Source: Coleofasciculus sp. B1-GNL1-01 (GTDB lineage Bacteria > Cyanobacteriota > Cyanobacteriia > Cyanobacteriales > Coleofasciculaceae). Taken from it: a DNA stretch of 33,407 nucleotides. The stretch lies in assembly GCA_040220235.1 (NCBI GenBank), contig JAVJTO010000147.1, one strand, 5' to 3'. Of the stretch, positions 31,064 through 33,407 are shown piece by piece (the first letter of the stretch is position 1; the number at the start of each line of letters is the position of its first letter). The notes under the pieces were generated by a model that saw only the letters and a program-made list of their open reading frames with translations, was not told the DNA's origin and ran no database searches. Made by a program: the position numbers and the translations under genes.

Positions 31064-31359
31064 CCATTTCCTCTATGTTGTTTCCACTCTTTTATATCCT
31101 CTTTTTCCGGGCGGGTGTAGTCCTGACTTTTCACGTCATCTAGAAAAATCGATATCAAACCTAACCCCCCAGCCCCTTCCCTTTTAGATCCCCCTCTTCC
31201 CTTTTGATCCCCCTTCCGTCCCCCTTCAAAAGGGGGAGACCAGATGTTGCTTCGCTTTTGGTTCCATGGGTGAAGAATTCAAAGCCTCTCTCCTTGCAGG
31301 AGAGAGGTTTGGAGAGAGGTTTTCCAGATCCCGTGAACAGTCAGGTTATCGTCAGATTC

Positions 31360-31483
31360 TGAGTACACAAATACTAGAACCTCGACCCAAAACTCTTGCC
31401 ATCCGGGATAAAAAATACGAGAACCCCGATCCCCCCAGCACGGATAAATTCCCATAAAATCAGAAGGTTGAGCGTTGAGTACA
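31360..31483 (+). promoter_or_regulatory. TGAGTACA boxes (putative CnfR/PatB sites) upstream of nifP/cysE
   Basis: TGAGTACA at 31360-31367 and 31476-31483; ttgagcgttgagtaca mirrors 30034-30048. Confidence 0.6.
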
Positions 31484-31590
31484 TCATTAATAAGTGAATC
31501 CAGTCTAATCTGTCGCTAATGTGCAACCTAGCCATCAAACATCTGGTATAAGCTTCAAAAAGATCAACTTCGTTTCAGGGGCGATATGCA

Positions 31591-32433
31591 ATGCTACAGT
31601 CCACGACTAATTACTCAACAGCGCGATCGCAGCTTGCCACCCCAGTAGCAGAAGGCAGAAGGCATAATTGGATAACCCATTGTCAGCCACCTATAGATGA
31701 TAGGGAATTAGAACGAGGCGACACTGATAAAATCCCTAGAGTCAGAACACCGTTTCAGGTGATCAAGCAAGGCTGGCGCACCCTCTTAACCGACTTTCAG
31801 ATTATCTTTGAACGTGATCCAGCCGCCCGGAATCGGTTCGAGGTATTGGTTTGCTATCCCGGCTTACAGGCGCTGATCAGCCATCGCCTCGCCCATTGGC
31901 TGCATCGTCAGCGAGTACCATTCCTTCCCCGTTTCCTGTCTCAACTGGCGCGATTCTTCACCGGAATCGAAATTCATCCAGGGGCGGTGATGGGTAAGGG
32001 TGTGTTTATTGATCATGGCATGGGCGTGGTGATTGGCGAAACCGCGATTGTGGGCGATTACTGTTTGATTTACCAAGGCGCAACCCTGGGCGGAACCGGT
32101 AAAGAAACGGGCAAACGCCATCCCACATTAGGGAAGAATGTGGTGGTGAGTGCAGGTGCCAAGATATTGGGGAATATCCACATTGGCGATCATGTTCGCA
32201 TTGGGGCGGGTTCAGTCGTGTTGCGCGATGTCCCCACCGATTGTACGGTGGTGGGAGTACCGGGGCGAATTGTACGTCAGTCGGGTAAGCGTATTGATCC
32301 CCTAGAACATGGACAGCTACCGGATACACAAGCCGCCGCGCTACGGACGTTACGCGATCGCATCACCGAACTTGAACAGCAATTGGAATCCTTGAGTCGA
32401 AAAGAAAACCAGGATGAAAAATGCCTGGATTAG
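31591..32433 (+). CDS. cysE: Serine O-acetyltransferase (nif-associated NifP/CysE)
   Basis: [43 protein letters not shown]; exact start uncertain. Confidence 0.93.
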   Translation: MLQSTTNYSTARSQLATPVAEGRRHNWITHCQPPIDDRELERGDTDKIPRVRTPFQVIKQGWRTLLTDFQIIFERDPAARNRFEVLVCYPGLQALISHRLAHWLHRQRVPFLPRFLSQLARFFTGIEIHPGAVMGKGVFIDHGMGVVIGETAIVGDYCLIYQGATLGGTGKETGKRHPTLGKNVVVSAGAKILGNIHIGDHVRIGAGSVVLRDVPTDCTVVGVPGRIVRQSGKRIDPLEHGQLPDTQAAALRTLRDRITELEQQLESLSRKENQDEKCLD

Positions 32434-32462
32434 ACTTGATAATTACAGAAACATCTTTGATC

Positions 32463-32825
32463 TCAAACCGATGGACGACGAATTCGGGTTTGTGTTTCAT
32501 CAGCAACGACTAGACAACCTGCCAAAGTTGTGAGTGGATAGTCCTGCACAACCCGAGCCAAAACATCAAGCACCGCCTGACGACTTCCACCACGAGAACG
32601 CAACAGTAAAATCCCCGGATGAGTTCCTGGTGGAAAACGTCGGATATCCGAAAAGTCTAAATCTAGAGTAATAAAAAAGCGCCCATCAGTACAAGCTTGC
32701 TGCCATACAACTTCATCATCTTCACCGGACAATCCTTCATCAGTAACCCGATCGCAATCGTAACCTTTATTCCGGAGAAACTCTGCATGGGTAATACTAA
32801 GGTTTTCGTCTAATTTAACCAACAT
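32463..32825 (-). CDS. DUF5615 family PIN-like putative toxin
   Basis: LDENL, D.EVVW.A....R..IT.D.DF, HPGILLLR. Confidence 0.85.
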   Translation of the reverse strand: MLVKLDENLSITHAEFLRNKGYDCDRVTDEGLSGEDDEVVWQQACTDGRFFITLDLDFSDIRRFPPGTHPGILLLRSRGGSRQAVLDVLARVVQDYPLTTLAGCLVVADETQTRIRRPSV

Positions 32826-32830
32826 AATCC

Positions 32831-33061
32831 TTATCGCAACGGTAACAGTTCTTCTTCTCTCACCAGTGCGGCAGCATAAGCGATCGCAGAGCGCACGTTG
32901 TCTACAGTTAATGGCGGATAGTCTTCGACAATCTCTTCTAGTGTTAATCCTTCTGCCAGATTATCCAGAATAACTGAAACCATAATGCGAGTTCCTTTAA
33001 TACAAGGTTTTCCATGACAAACCTTGGGGTTTATCTCAATCTGTTCTTGCCAATTATTCAT
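32831..33061 (-). CDS. DUF433 family putative antitoxin
   Basis: P.VCHGKPCIKGTRI.V, EEI..DYP.L; directly upstream of the PIN gene. Confidence 0.9.
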   Translation of the reverse strand: MNNWQEQIEINPKVCHGKPCIKGTRIMVSVILDNLAEGLTLEEIVEDYPPLTVDNVRSAIAYAAALVREEELLPLR

Positions 33062-33230
33062 TTTTTATCTCGCCTAACTTGTGAAAATGGACTAATCTGA
33101 TAGTAGCAGAACCTTAAACGACGACCCGATCAAGTGCTATTGGCAGGTGTTACGCGATCGCATCACCGAACTCGAACAGCAATTGGCATCCTTGAGTCGA
33201 AAAGAAAACCAGGATGAAAAATGCCTGGAT

Positions 33231-33407
33231 TGTTCGGCATTTAAACCTTAATATCAATAATGGCGCAATCCTTGCCGTAGTGCGTTTAGCGAAGCCATGC
33301 CGCAGGCTTTGCATCTTGCTCGCTACATTGAGCATCTTGCTCGCTACATTGAGCATCTTGCTCGCTACATTGAGCATCTTGCTCGCTACATTGAGCATCT
33401 TGCTCGC
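33231..33407 (-). repeat. MITE copy with an expanded 21-bp tandem array, running off the window
   Basis: gcatcttgctcgctacattga, 4 full units plus a partial, from 33311; preceded by the reverse complement of the 17273-17375 element end. Confidence 0.85.

Larger units (their letters stand above)
32349..33231 (+). repeat. 83-bp direct repeat of the cysE 3' end (32349-32431 and 33149-33231)
   Basis: Two mismatches over 83 bp; brackets the TA pair. Confidence 0.95.

Noticed and set aside
29796..31457. Small ORFs 29796-30071, 30465-30698, 30972-31187 and 31266-31457, and antisense ORFs within the large genes
   Set aside because: No recognisable motifs; they overlap promoter or repeat DNA or lie antisense to well-supported genes.
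33311..33407. CRISPR array, or the ORF 33150-33398 (MLNVASK repeats)
   Set aside because: The 21-bp units are head-to-tail with no spacers and no cas genes; the ORF is a translation of repeat DNA.

Overview
Chromosomal window from a filamentous cyanobacterium. HIP1 octamers (GCGATCGC), DUF29, an HmpF-like ORF and dense intergenic REP-like palindromes support this, and the content resembles Coleofasciculus/Microcoleus chthonoplastes. The core is a chimeric nitrogen-fixation island. An anaerobe-type (cluster III, Desulfovibrio/Clostridium-like) nifH-nifI1-nifI2-nifD-nifK-[2Fe-2S]fdx-nifE-nifN-nifB block sits where native nifHDK would lie. It follows cyanobacterial-type nifS-nifU, a truncated native nifB (NifX-like domain only) and the divergent nifP/cysE. 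Downstream are molybdate genes (mop, modD, modA, fused modBC). The foreign nifH has a candidate NtcA-type promoter behind a terminator, and TGAGTACA (CnfR-type) boxes survive between nifB' and nifP. The left end is accessory: a REP-associated tyrosine transposase with REPs, an ATPase + TPR gene pair, DUF29, an AAA-like NTPase fused to four GAF domains and a Nif11-like peptide. The right end has a DUF433/DUF5615 toxin-antitoxin pair bracketed by an 83-bp duplication of the cysE 3' end. All calls come from reading the sequence and recalling protein families; no searches were run.
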